A stretch of DNA of 24,147 nucleotides from Chrysochromulina tobinii (lineage: Eukaryota). This document shows positions 9,257 through 19,589 of this stretch, in pieces. Under the pieces are notes generated by a model, which was not told the origin of the DNA, searched no databases, and saw only the letters and a program-made list of their open reading frames with translations. The first letter of the stretch is position 1. Each line of letters begins with the position of its first letter. The DNA is taken from the NCBI GenBank assembly GCA_001275005.1, contig JWZX01003412.1:62001-86147 (forward strand). Reading direction: 5' to 3'. A program made the position numbers and the translations under genes.

Positions 9257-9484
9257 CGTGAAGAGAGCGAAAAGACTTCCACACTTATCGCTTGTGTTCG
9301 TCCGTTTCAGGGGATCAGGGCCCTCTCGGCCAGACACACACCCACAAGCCCCGAAAAGGCGTGCGTGGGAGGCGCTCTCCACACGATTCGCAGCCACGCT
9401 GACGTGTCGCGTCGCTCGGAGGTCAAGGTAGGACATCAAACCCTGACATCAAACACACAGGATTTGTCGATGATTGTCTCCGTA

Positions 9485-9732
9485 CGGCGTCTGGGATCGG
9501 CAGGTCGTGCCTTAAGTCGGGAGGGGGTGACTTAAGTCGCGCCGGTACTTATGTCGGGACACACCGTGACTTAAGATGAAATCTCCCGGTACGACTTTAC
9601 GTCACGCGTGCTCGATTGCGCGTGCTCCGACTTAAGTCGCCGTAAAGTCGCCGGGGCCGACTTAAGTCGGTGCACGGGCCGACTTCAGTCACCCCCTCCC
9701 GGCTTAAGGCACGACCCACCGATCCCAGACCG
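9485..9732. mobile_element. 248-bp foldback element/MITE with ~55-bp imperfect TIRs, reiterated CTTAAG palindromes and TA flanks
   Basis: Left arm GTCTGGGATCGGCAGGTCGTGCCTTAAGTCGGGAGGGGGTGACTTAAGTCG (9489-9539) is inverted at 9680-9730. TA at 9483-9484 and 9733-9734. A second copy lies at 3829-3945. Confidence 0.88.
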
Positions 9733-9852
9733 TACCTGGTTTAACCTGTCAGGTAGTACCTGCCGACCGGTTTTGTTCGGTTGCGTTTTGTTCGGAGTGG
9801 ATGTACGATGTAGGCTTGTAGCTTCGACTTGTACTCAATGTTTAGTTCACCG

Positions 9853-10773
9853 TCAACACGCACCACTCGATTCTCGAGACGCAGACGGCGGCAGGGTCCG
9901 ATCCGGTGGCGAGGGCGGCGGCGCGGGTGCTGCCGACCCGGGCGGCTGCAGCTGCAGCCTCACCGCTGCTGGAGACGCACTTCTGTCTTCTCGTGCCTCC
10001 TCCGCCGATTCCAGCAGCGGCGGTGTCGGCTGCTGCTCACGCTCATGCTCATGCCCATGTGCATGCTCATGCCCATGCCCATCCGCCGGAGTATCCCCGT
10101 CCGCAGCAGCGCCCTCCCTGCGGCTGCGCACAAACGTCCACCACCACCAATCCGAAGAGTGTTGGCGCGGCGGGATCGTCGCGTCCGCAGCAGGGCCCCC
10201 GCCCCGCCCACGGGCTGGCTGGCACCCCGAACGCGGGCTCGCGACCTTGAGCATATGAAGACGCCCCATGAGCTCATGGCGCTCGAGGTCGATAGCCATG
10301 AGACGCAGCCGCACCTCCAACATGCGCTCCTGCTGCTCTGCACGCAGGGCGCGTCGTAGCATATCCCCGTAGCGTAGCTCCGCCATCTCGGCGCGTAGCT
10401 CTGCGGCTTCGAGTCGATCCTCGAGCTCTGCCTCGTCATCCGAGCTCCGCCCCAAGGAATGGGGGAAAGAATGGGGTTGCTGCTGATTCTGAAGGTGGCG
10501 GATGCGCCCCTCAGACTTCCATGCGCTGGCCTGCGCCATTGAGAAGCGCGACGCCTTCTTCGATGAGTGCAAGAGAGCGGGCGCAGAATCCGTGACCGCG
10601 CCCAGCCCTGTAGCACCGTCCGACGAGCGCTCTGCCCGGCTTGCCATCGAGTGACGAGGAGCTGATAGCTTGGGTTGGCTGCCGTGTGAGGAGAAGGACA
10701 AGCGAACAGAGTTTCTGACGCTCCTGAGCCCGTTTGTGACGGTGTGCACCTTCACGGGCTCCTGCGCCTGCAT
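9853..10773 (-). CDS. Hypothetical protein (306 aa) with a central coiled coil and a His/Glu-rich tract
   Basis: Long open frame; heptad-like EAELEDRLEAAELRAEMAELRYGDMLRRALRAEQQERMLEVRLRLMAIDLERHEL; tract GHGHEHAHGHEHERE. An in-frame stop at 10834-10836 limits upstream extension. Confidence 0.55.
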   Translation of the reverse strand: MQAQEPVKVHTVTNGLRSVRNSVRLSFSSHGSQPKLSAPRHSMASRAERSSDGATGLGAVTDSAPALLHSSKKASRFSMAQASAWKSEGRIRHLQNQQQPHSFPHSLGRSSDDEAELEDRLEAAELRAEMAELRYGDMLRRALRAEQQERMLEVRLRLMAIDLERHELMGRLHMLKVASPRSGCQPARGRGGGPAADATIPPRQHSSDWWWWTFVRSRREGAAADGDTPADGHGHEHAHGHEHEREQQPTPPLLESAEEAREDRSASPAAVRLQLQPPGSAAPAPPPSPPDRTLPPSASRESSGAC

Positions 10774-11419
10774 GGTGCAGCAAATGTCGAGGCCGCTCCG
10801 TGCGTTTAGGAGCGCCCCCCGGCCGGATCGGAGTCAAACTCCATTCAAGTTGGAGCCGATCGTCCTTTTGCAGGCTGATCAACACAACGCGAAGAAGGCT
10901 GTGCTGTGCTGTGCAACACAACGCGCAATCCGGCACACCTAGCACGAGGGTCGCTATCGCTACTTGTATCAATGGTGCATGGATGGACACGGAGCACGAG
11001 CAGCTGGGCCGGAGTGCGGAGATCTTTCAGAGTCCGCCGCAATTCAGGGGGTCCCCGGGGAGCGGGGGGCGGGGGGGAGCGGCCTGCGGGGTCCCGCCAT
11101 GCCGCCAATTGGTAGGTAGCTTGGTCAGTTACAAATCTCTCTCGCCGCGCAGGCGCATGCCCGAAGGAACAAGGATGCCGCAGCGCGCCGTGTGAATGCC
11201 ATTTGTAATTAAATTTGTAAAGTGTGAATACCGCAGCGCATAATCGAGAAAAAGTGTGCGTGCGGCGGTTTCAGGATCGCATAAGGAAAGCGACGACGAA
11301 CGCAATTTTTTCGTGAACCAGAATGCCGCGGGCGGCGAGGACTCTGAGGCCCCGGCGATGGCATGGGAGACCCTCTCGAGCCAGGACTGTGTCGCGAGTC
11401 ACCTTCCGTGACCGTCTCA

Positions 11420-12754
11420 TCAGTCCTCGAGGTCGTCGTTGACGTAGCTCTCGCTTTGCATCACGCTTTTCTTGGCCTTCTGCGCCTCACGCTTCGTGTA
11501 AAGGTCCGACTTGAGCTTCTTGGCCACCAGAGTGTGCGTCACCACGCCGATGCGCACGTCCATGTTTTTACGCTCGTCCTTGAGGCGCGCGAGCGCGGAC
11601 TTGATCTTGATGAGCGGTGATGTGTCGGTCATCGAGGTGCCGCGCTCGTCCATCTTGCCCTTGATGGCGCCCAACTCATCGCTCACCGTCGAGAGTGTGT
11701 TCGTCAGCTCGGCGATGGCCTCCGACTTTGCGTTGAACGCATCCTGTACCTCCTGCAACTTCTCCTGGTTCTGAGAAAATTCGTCGACAGCGTCCTTGCA
11801 CTGCGAGTTGAGCTTCTGCTCGCTCTTGCGCACCGCCTGCACCGTGCGTTCCATGTCCTCCGAAAGCCGATCGAGCATCACATACGTCTCAGGTGCGAGT
11901 GCCGCGACCCTCTCCTGATGACTCTTGGTGTTCACCAGCCGGTTGCGCCACTCCTTCGGGTCGGAGAGGATCTGCATCTTGAGCAGCGGCGTGACGCGCT
12001 CGAGCTCGATCTGCCACGCCGCCGGGTCCACCGTCGCGTCCAGGATTGAGTCCGTCAGCTTGGCCATCGCCGCGCCGTCGAAGCCATCGCCACCGCCAAA
12101 GAACTCATCCTCCTCCACGTCGGCTGCGCCAACCTCGTCGGCCATCTCGTCCGCGTCGACCTCGGCGTCCTCATCGACGGCGGCCTCCTCGTACGCATCC
12201 TCCTCCGCGTACTCGGCGCGCTTGAACTCGAGCGGCAGCGCGTCAAGCAGGTGCTTGAGAACAGCGCAGCAGTTGTCGCCGTAGCCCTGCTTGAGCTTCT
12301 GCGGCGGGTAGTTCGTCGGCGCACCGATCTGCTGCAGTTGCGAGAAGAGGTCGCTAACCGTGCTGTTTGGATCGTCCATCTGGCTCGGAGCACGCCAGTG
12401 GATGCCCTGCAGCGACATGACCCAGGAGCACACCGCGCAGAAGTAATGGAACTGCTCCGCTGGGTTTCCTGATGCGAGCGCAAAGTAAGTGTGCGTAAGC
12501 GGCTTGAAGCTGCCCGGCATGCCGCGCTCGTAGTTGTGCATCTTGAGCCGCTCGAGTATCTCCTCCATGAGCTGAAATGGAACGTGCTCCGCGTCTGCAT
12601 TGCGCACCTCGCCCTCCTGACCCTTGCGCTGAAGCGTCGCTGCGGCATTGGCCACCATGCTCATCACGCCTGCCATCGACGCGCCGCCTGACTTCTTGGC
12701 GAAAGGGTTCACCGTTGGCGCAGGCGCGCGCGGCTCGTCATCGTCGTCGTCCAT
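11420..12754 (-). CDS. IFT57: Intraflagellar transport protein 57 (IFT57/HIPPI); 444 aa
   Basis: Motifs MEEILERLK, FKPLTHTYFAL, NPAEQFHYF, DDPNSTV, PQKLKQGYG, WQIELERVTPLLK, KEWRNRL, MDERGTSMTDTSPLIKIK, MDVRIGVV. Intronless; first ATG at 12754. Confidence 0.95.
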   Translation of the reverse strand: MDDDDDEPRAPAPTVNPFAKKSGGASMAGVMSMVANAAATLQRKGQEGEVRNADAEHVPFQLMEEILERLKMHNYERGMPGSFKPLTHTYFALASGNPAEQFHYFCAVCSWVMSLQGIHWRAPSQMDDPNSTVSDLFSQLQQIGAPTNYPPQKLKQGYGDNCCAVLKHLLDALPLEFKRAEYAEEDAYEEAAVDEDAEVDADEMADEVGAADVEEDEFFGGGDGFDGAAMAKLTDSILDATVDPAAWQIELERVTPLLKMQILSDPKEWRNRLVNTKSHQERVAALAPETYVMLDRLSEDMERTVQAVRKSEQKLNSQCKDAVDEFSQNQEKLQEVQDAFNAKSEAIAELTNTLSTVSDELGAIKGKMDERGTSMTDTSPLIKIKSALARLKDERKNMDVRIGVVTHTLVAKKLKSDLYTKREAQKAKKSVMQSESYVNDDLED

Positions 12755-12980
12755 GTCGTCGTCAGGCACCGCCCTCCGAGAGCGGAAGGAGGGCCGTTGC
12801 GGACACAACGAAAACCACTTCACACCGTTTTCTTCTTCAAGGTGTTAACAAAAACAAAAACAGAGTATCACTGCGACTTTTAACCTGCGACTATAGTGAG
12901 CGAGCCCCAATGCTCGGATATGATGCATTCGCGAGGCATGTGCAACTTTGGTGGCCCACGAGCACGCGACGCGAGCGAAT

Positions 12981-14407
12981 ATGGCCTCCGCCGACGCGGC
13001 CTACGTGCACGCGCGCTTCTGCCATGACGTCGTTCCAGAACGTCCGCTCTTGGCTGTTCTTGGCGTGTTTTCTTATGAAGCTCGACGGGTCTTGCGGGAC
13101 GGATCGCGCAACACGTGGCTGCCGCTGATGCCACCGCTTGTACACACACGCTTCGTCATGCGTGGAGAATCGCCCGTCAATGCAACAACTCTCGAGCGCG
13201 AAATCGATCAGCATGGCGATATCGTTCTCGTGCGTGGTGCTTCAAGGACAGATAGTAAAGTGGCGCCGTTGCTCAGTCTGATCGGTTGGTTTGTTTGCGC
13301 CTACCAAATTTACAAGGGTGTTCCATTCTTTGGGAGTAGACCGATATGGAGTTGAACGCGGCCAATACATGCACGTGCCCATTGAATGCACGAGACACTG
13401 ACTTTCGCTTTCGATGCTCTCCGGCAGAAGCGGACGACGACGTCTGGATTCGCGCCGAAGCTCTCGTGCCGCTACTGAGCAAGGCCAACTCTCTGCTGCG
13501 TCCCGACCGATCGGTCTACATGGGACGGTTCGAGAGCTACCACTGGGCCACCACGCCGAACAACGAGGGGCCAATCGGCTTCAGCTACCGTTGGCAAGCC
13601 TGTAGCCGACACCGGCACGAATGGCGTGTGCGAGACCCCCTTCACCGCGACGGCCTTTCCGGACCCTTCAACTTCGCCAAAGGAGCTCTCTTCTTCCTAT
13701 CTGCCAATTTGAGCCGTATTGTGACGGACTGGGAGGGCAGCACGGGCGAAGCCGCCGAACTGATCGGCAGGAACGACCAGCGCTGCTATTTGGACTCGCC
13801 AGCAATGCTGGCCTCGCGAGTGTCAAAGAATCGCAGCGTCGTCCTCGGTGGCCCCTGCGCGGGTACCAGTATCTTCGTTCAGCCACCAGTGGAGGATGTC
13901 TGGCTTGGCCATGCACTAAGCCAAGCAGCCATCGGCTGGACGACTTTCGTTGATCTTGACGTCTACCTGTTTAGCATGTCACCCTGGAACTTTTACGTGC
14001 GCGAGTCGCAAATCGTGTGGCACTCGAATCTGAACACGGAGTTCCCGATACGGGCCTCGATCGTGCAGGATTGGGCGGCAAATCGCAGCCGTCAGAGCCA
14101 ATGCAGCAGCTGGGCCAACTTGACATTGAGGTGCACTCGGCACTCGAAGACCAAATCGTACCCTTCGAGCGGCCTACGGATCTCGGAGCAAAGCACCAAA
14201 GAAGCGTTTGGTGAGCGTACATGCGCAGGCCAGCCGATTCGGAAGTGTGACCTCAACGCGCCGAGAGGGTGCAGCTCGTCCAAAGTTTCACTGTGGGCAG
14301 AACGCAACAGGGTTGGCCAACTCGCGAGGCAGAGAGAGCAAGAAGAAAAGCAGAGGACTGGGCTGACTGGGCGGGACATCAGACCAAGCATGAAACGGTC
14401 TTTGTGA
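12981..14407 (+). CDS. GT31 (galactosyltransferase-type) glycosyltransferase; exons 12981-13335 and 13428-14407; ~444 aa; start uncertain
   Basis: A 92-nt GT-AG intron (13336-13427, branch-like CACTGAC, pyrimidine tract) joins two ORF-track frames and restores FFGKADDDVW. Other motifs: RDGSRNTW, RFVMRG, LEREIDQHGDIV, VYMG, GPFNFAKGALFFLS, EDVWLG. Confidence 0.85.
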
Positions 14408-14835
14408 TGGCATTTACAGCATCATGTGCTGGCCGGGTGGGCGTGTCAGCACGATATTGTTAACGCGCGCTCGCGTCGTCCGTTGTCTACATTTCCTACT
14501 AGAAACGAAACGTCGTTACAGCTTACTGCTTACGCGGGGTCTCAGAGCTCACACCAATGGCTCACACCTCACAGCTAAGTCGAGCGCAGACCCGCAGACT
14601 GGCCAGAGCGGAGCGCAAAATCCGGGATATTAATCCGAATCACGGATCCCCCGAGTTCTCCCCCCGAGAAGAGAACAAGGAAAACTGTTCAACAGAACAA
14701 CGTGTGATCCGCGGCCTAATATCGCGCTCACAGGATCCGTACCAACGACGTCGCTCGATGGCCGGTACCGTACGGCGCTACTGACCGCAACTTACCGAAT
14801 CCGTGGTCCGACAACGACGTGGCCTGCGCGCGGGG

Positions 14836-16119
14836 TCAGCATCCCATCTGTGTCGTCCACTGAGTGAGCGCATCCACGGGGATCTCATACCGTCTCAGTT
14901 GCGACGGCGGCACTTCGGCTCCGTGGGCCAGATTTGAAGATTCCACAACCCCCGGCACGTTTTCGTGAACGTACAGCCAGACCCAATTGCCTCGACGCAA
15001 GAGGCCAGACGCCGGGTGGTGCACCGTCCGCTCCTTGGACGAGTCGAGCGCACACCTTTGTAGAGGAGTGGGCCTGCGCCACGTGATGCCGTCGGTTGAG
15101 CAGCTCATGGCGATGCAACCGACTCGATGTTGGACCATGGGCATCAGTGCGACCAAACTGCGTTTGGACGTCGGTATGCTCTGGACGGACATGAAGTAGA
15201 TGTCGCCCTGGGTGAGACTGTACCCATCAATCACGACGAGCTCAAAGGGAGACCAGTTCTCGCCATCCACCGATGATGTGACCTGCACAAACCGCTGCCC
15301 GGTGGTCGCAGGGTTGGCGCGCGCGTAGAGCCAGAAGCGGCCATTGTGATGCACAAGAGACAGGCGACCATCGAACTCGCACGCAGGACGGGAATCGTTC
15401 ATATCCTTGGGCCGTTTGTGCAGGTAGTAGAAGTAACGCCCTTCGGTGCAACCAGGGTGCCAGCCTCTGAGAATACGATGAACCCTGCGCCATGTAGGCG
15501 GGCTCACAGACAGTCGACCCGCTAGGTCGGTGGTCGGCTGTGGAAGCCTGCCGTGCAGCATGTAGATGCCTGTGTGGACACCACCGGGGGTCTTCCACAT
15601 GAAGCGTTTGTTGTCCAGGCCACCGACTGCGAGGAGTTGGCCAGCGTGACGTAGCACGGCCAAGTTGTGTGTCAGCAAGCGCTCTGACGTGCTGTCCGCA
15701 AGTTGTGCTGCGTGGGGCATGAAGGTGGTCGGTTGTGAGCCAAACCGCAAACCATCTGCAGAGGCAAGCATCAACACATTCGCGGGCCCTACAGCATGTT
15801 TTGCGACATCGTGGCCGATGTGGTCCTTGAATAGGACGCACACGGCTTGGCCACCTTCCACACATTCCATCACTGTGAAGTAGCGCCACCCATCGCCGTG
15901 GACTTTCACTTGTGTTGATATGCTCGACTTTGACTCAGGCTTTTCGGAGCTTGTGATCGAGCCCGTCACCTCGAAGCGCACATTATGCACTTGTGAACTC
16001 GTAGTGGTTTCCACCTTCAAGATTCTGCAAATCGTTGTGTTCTCGCCGAGTTGCACCAAGCTTTGAGGCCACATATCTTTTAGGAACGGCCGTCCGGCCT
16101 CGCAGAGAGACCTCGGCAT
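14836..16119 (-). CDS. Putative beta-propeller glycoside-hydrolase-like protein with Asp-box motifs
   Basis: Three S-x-D-G-x-x-[WF] boxes (SADGLRF, SVDGENW, STDGITW) and a CEFDGRLSLV...FWLYARAN...GQRFVQ...GDIYF block. First in-frame ATG at 16119. Confidence 0.65.
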   Translation of the reverse strand: MPRSLCEAGRPFLKDMWPQSLVQLGENTTICRILKVETTTSSQVHNVRFEVTGSITSSEKPESKSSISTQVKVHGDGWRYFTVMECVEGGQAVCVLFKDHIGHDVAKHAVGPANVLMLASADGLRFGSQPTTFMPHAAQLADSTSERLLTHNLAVLRHAGQLLAVGGLDNKRFMWKTPGGVHTGIYMLHGRLPQPTTDLAGRLSVSPPTWRRVHRILRGWHPGCTEGRYFYYLHKRPKDMNDSRPACEFDGRLSLVHHNGRFWLYARANPATTGQRFVQVTSSVDGENWSPFELVVIDGYSLTQGDIYFMSVQSIPTSKRSLVALMPMVQHRVGCIAMSCSTDGITWRRPTPLQRCALDSSKERTVHHPASGLLRRGNWVWLYVHENVPGVVESSNLAHGAEVPPSQLRRYEIPVDALTQWTTQMGC

Positions 16120-16558
16120 CAGGCAAGCGCTTGTGCCGCAAAGCAAGCGATGGCGCGTGCACTGCACCCGTCCCAGCGGGTGCGACGGTCGGTGCTACAC
16201 AAACACTACAGTAATGAAAAAGTCACAGAGGACGCTGAGCAAGTTTGAGCGCGTTGTGAACATTCACGTTTGAGGAAAGCTCCTCGATGAGAGTGTGTTG
16301 TTTGAACGCTTGGGAAGGCGGGCGCAACTTGTGAAATTTCAGGGGCGGGCGCAGCATGTATTTCGTACCGATAGAACAACATATCTGCCCCGCCCCGGAC
16401 GTTAGCGACCGGCTGGGGCTGTGGAGACTGCCGCTCACTGACGTTTTTGTTTAGGTCTGGCGTTTTCCTGGTCGATATGTGGTCGGAGGCGTTCCCCAAA
16501 CCAGCTTTGAAAGTTGCCAAGATAGGCAACCTCGACTTATCTCCTAAACGGGAACAAA

Positions 16559-19382
16559 ATGGCTTCGTCTCCCCGTGGGTCTCCCCTTGATGGCCGACTA
16601 CGTGTACGGTTGATGGTATTTGGGATATGCGGCGCCCTCGCGGTCCCACCGACGCCATTCGAGCCCTCAACGCTCCAAACCACAGACGTCCAGAAAGAAA
16701 CGCTCACGACGACGATGGTGGCTGGCGTCGTGGCACCCGCGTCGACGGCGGTCGAAGTCCTCCGTGTTGGCAAATGCTCGATAGCTCCCGGTGGACCCAC
16801 GCCCGAAGTGATAGCGCAGTGGGAGGACGAGCTGCGCCAGGCCGCGACCGCAACTGTGGCCAATGGCAGCGTGTTTGCCGACACCGACAACCTGTATGTC
16901 TACGACCGCTGCTTTGTGCCTCGTCGCGTGTGCAAGGTCTACGTTCGTGCATCCGATGCATTGCTGCTTCTGCCTCGCGATGGGCCAGAAGAGGTGACCC
17001 TGCAGCCGAGGGCATATGACGTGGTCATAGGCGCGGCTCAATCAATAGGCGCCGTTGCGCGCAAGAGCTTTGCATTGCTGCTCGAGCAGGGTGGCAGCTT
17101 GCCGATCATCAATCTAGGCAGGGGTTCTGCCAGTCCGGATATGTACACAGAAAGCGCCAACTGGCCAGTCGTCGCGCCCATCTTCTATAATGCGCGTAGC
17201 ATCATCCTCTGCGTCATGGCGGGTCGCTCCTCGCCCAACTCAGCGACTGCGGTCACAGGGAAGTTTGGGCTTGCGCATGCGAAGGCGTTCAAACAGTTGC
17301 GTGAGTGGTACTATTCCAAGGACCCAGTGAATGCAACGCGCGGTGAGCAGTTGCGTCTGGAGTCGCTTGAGAACGCCCGGCGTGACTACGTGGAGCTCAT
17401 CCGCCGGGTTCGTGCGGGGCTCCCCAAGTGGACAACCCAAGCCACGGATCCTCTTGGTCTGGTTTTCGGCGTGCCCAATCTCTGGCTGCTCATCTCTCGC
17501 CGAATTCCCGCAGTACTACTTGAATCGCACAGGCGTTCGGAATGTTATTGGGAGTCTCGGAGCCGAACTCGGCGCCGAAATCATCGACGCGAGCACCTTC
17601 GGGTTGCCGCCGGCGCAGCCGATCCCTATTGACCAATGCTCGGCCTGCCGTTCGAATGCCTCAGCGGTGTGCGAAGCAGGAACGGCACGTGTTGATGCGA
17701 AACATGAGGGGCGCACGTGCGGTAGCGCGTGCGGCTACGTGAAGTCTGCATACTATCCGGACGACAACGGCCATGAGCACGCAGCGCGTTTAATCGGCGC
17801 AGCACTACAGGCATCACCGATGGCGATGACGTTACCGCCGCCTTCGATCGCTCATCCACCTCCACCTCCGATCGTCCATTCACTTCCGCCTCCGATCGCC
17901 CATTCACTTCCGCCTCCGATCGGCCATCTTCCTCCGCCTCCGATCGCCCATTCACTTCCGCCTCCTGTTGCCGCTCACCCGCCGCTGCCTGTTACGTCCA
18001 ATTGCACCGACCAACAGAATAGCGGGGTGAACTACGCAAATGGTCTACCCGTGCCGTGCGGCTTCTTCAAAACAAACCCGGCCACTTGCGATTCGTACTC
18101 CAGTGCGCGGACCAATTGCCCGATAGCATGCAGCACATGTCCAACGGCGACCGTCCATCCTGTCCATCCAATTACTCACCTGCCGCCGCCTCTGATCCAC
18201 TCTCCACCGCCTCCGAGCCACTCGTCACCGCCTCCGAGCCACTCGTCACCGCCTCCGAGCCATGCGCCACCGCCTCCGAGCCATGCGCCACCGCCTCCGA
18301 GCAATGCGCCACCGCCTCCGAGCGATGCGCCACCGCCTCCGAGCCACTCGACACCGCCTCCGAGCAATGCGCCACCGCCTCCGAGCCACTCGTCACCGCC
18401 TCCGAGCCACTCGTCACCGCCTCCGAGCCATGCGCCACCGCCACCGCCGCCGCCTCCGCCACCGCTACCCCACGTCGAGCAAAGCAGGCTCCCGCCACCG
18501 CCACCACTACCGCCTCCGCCTCCGCCTCCGCCACCGCCTCCGCCACCGCCACTGCCACCGCATCCGCCTCAGCCTCCGCTTCCGCCTCCGCCCTCTCCGC
18601 CTCCAGTCGATCATCCCTCTCCGCCACCAGCTGCTCGCCTTCCGCCCACCACAGACGGTTGTAAGTTTTGGTGCGCGCTGAGCGAGAATCTGCAAGTCAA
18701 GTGCGCCTTTGCACAGTGCGCAGCGTGTGCAGAATGCTTGTCGCTCAACTTACCGACCACGGCCAATGCGCCGAACTCGACTAGCCCCCTAGCTTCCCCG
18801 CCTCCGCTTCCTCACCTGTCGCCAGCCCCTCGATCATCTCCGCCTCTGCCGTCACTTCTGCCGCCGCCGCCTTGTCCGCGCCCACCCTCGCCGCCGCCAA
18901 GGTGTGTGGACGATGACGAGAGCTGCCCGCCCTGGGTGAAGGCAGGCGAGTGCGACCTCAACGTCGACTACATGCACGTCCACTGCCGATTCTCGTGCGA
19001 CGCGTGCACGGCGACGCCCCCACCTCCCTCTCCGCACTCCAACCCCTCGGTGGCTGCCCCCCACATCTCTCGAGCCTGCCCGCCGTTATCCCTGCCGACG
19101 TCTCTCACGCCTTCTCCTCCGCCTTTTCCGCCGACCGATGCGCCGGACTCGACTAGCCCCCGCCTTCGCCTCGACTCTCGAGCTTCCCCGCCTCCGCCAC
19201 CACACCCGCACCCTAAAGTGTATCGTTCGCCTTCTCCGCCCACAACGGCTCTGGACGCTCCTGATTGTGCTGGATCCATCGCGGAGGTCTTTTCGGGGGG
19301 GCCTTGTGCCACCAGGCGGGCCAAGAAGACGGGCTACGCGCAGGTGCTAGCCATTGTCTCGGAGGCATTGAGCGATGTTTGA
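16559..19382 (+). CDS. Extracellular mosaic protein (~940 aa if joined): N-terminal hydrophobic segment, DUF6473-like SGNH-type domain, extensin-like Pro repeats, ShKT/6-Cys modules; reading frame interrupted near 17410-17440
   Basis: Frame A has VIGAAQSIG, PIINLGRGSASP, ILCVMAGRSSPN and YVELIRR. Frame B continues PRILLVWFS...AEFPQ...YYPDDNGHEHAA. ShKT domain CVDDDESCPPWVKAGECDLNVDYMHVHCRFSCDAC at 18903-19007. Confidence 0.7.
17835..17985 (+). repeat. Coding tandem repeat PPPIAHSL/PPPPIAH (21-24 nt units)
   Basis: Recurrent CCGCCTCCGATCG(C/T/G)CCAT units. Confidence 0.85.
18205..18435 (+). repeat. 21-nt coding minisatellite, 11 copies (PPPS[HND][AS][PST])
   Basis: CACCGCCTCCGAGC recurs every 21 nt from 18205 to 18415. 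Confidence 0.95.
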
Positions 19383-19589
19383 CCACACACGACGACACGA
19401 GATAACAGGGACGTTAGTAACGATAGTTTCCAATCCTTCATGTGCAAAACGTTTCCATCGAGTTCATCTTTGGACCCTGCACCCTCCCGAGTCTTTCCCC
19501 AGATCCACAGCGCGCAGAAGGATGCTTAGTTCTTATAAAACTATAAAATTACATGCACGAATCCAAATTAGGCAATAAACCGAAACGTA

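Noticed and set aside
9137..9439. N-terminal extension of the GT90 ORF to 9439
   Set aside because: It runs through the 103-bp MITE and its TSD and is not protein-like.
9511..9710. Spaced palindromic GACTTAAGTC repeats as a CRISPR-like array
   Set aside because: Units are only 6-14 nt, irregularly spaced and enclosed in long TIRs. There are no cas genes and the context is eukaryotic.
16340..16398. Short foldback GGGGCGGGCGCAGCATGT / ACATATCTGCCCCGCCCC as a hAT MITE
   Set aside because: Imperfect arms, no 8-bp TSD and a single copy; it could simply be GC boxes in a divergent promoter.
18056..18695. Repetitive ORFs (TASEP, RHRLRA, SEAVA, LGGGG)
   Set aside because: Alternative frames of the 21-nt Pro-rich minisatellite.
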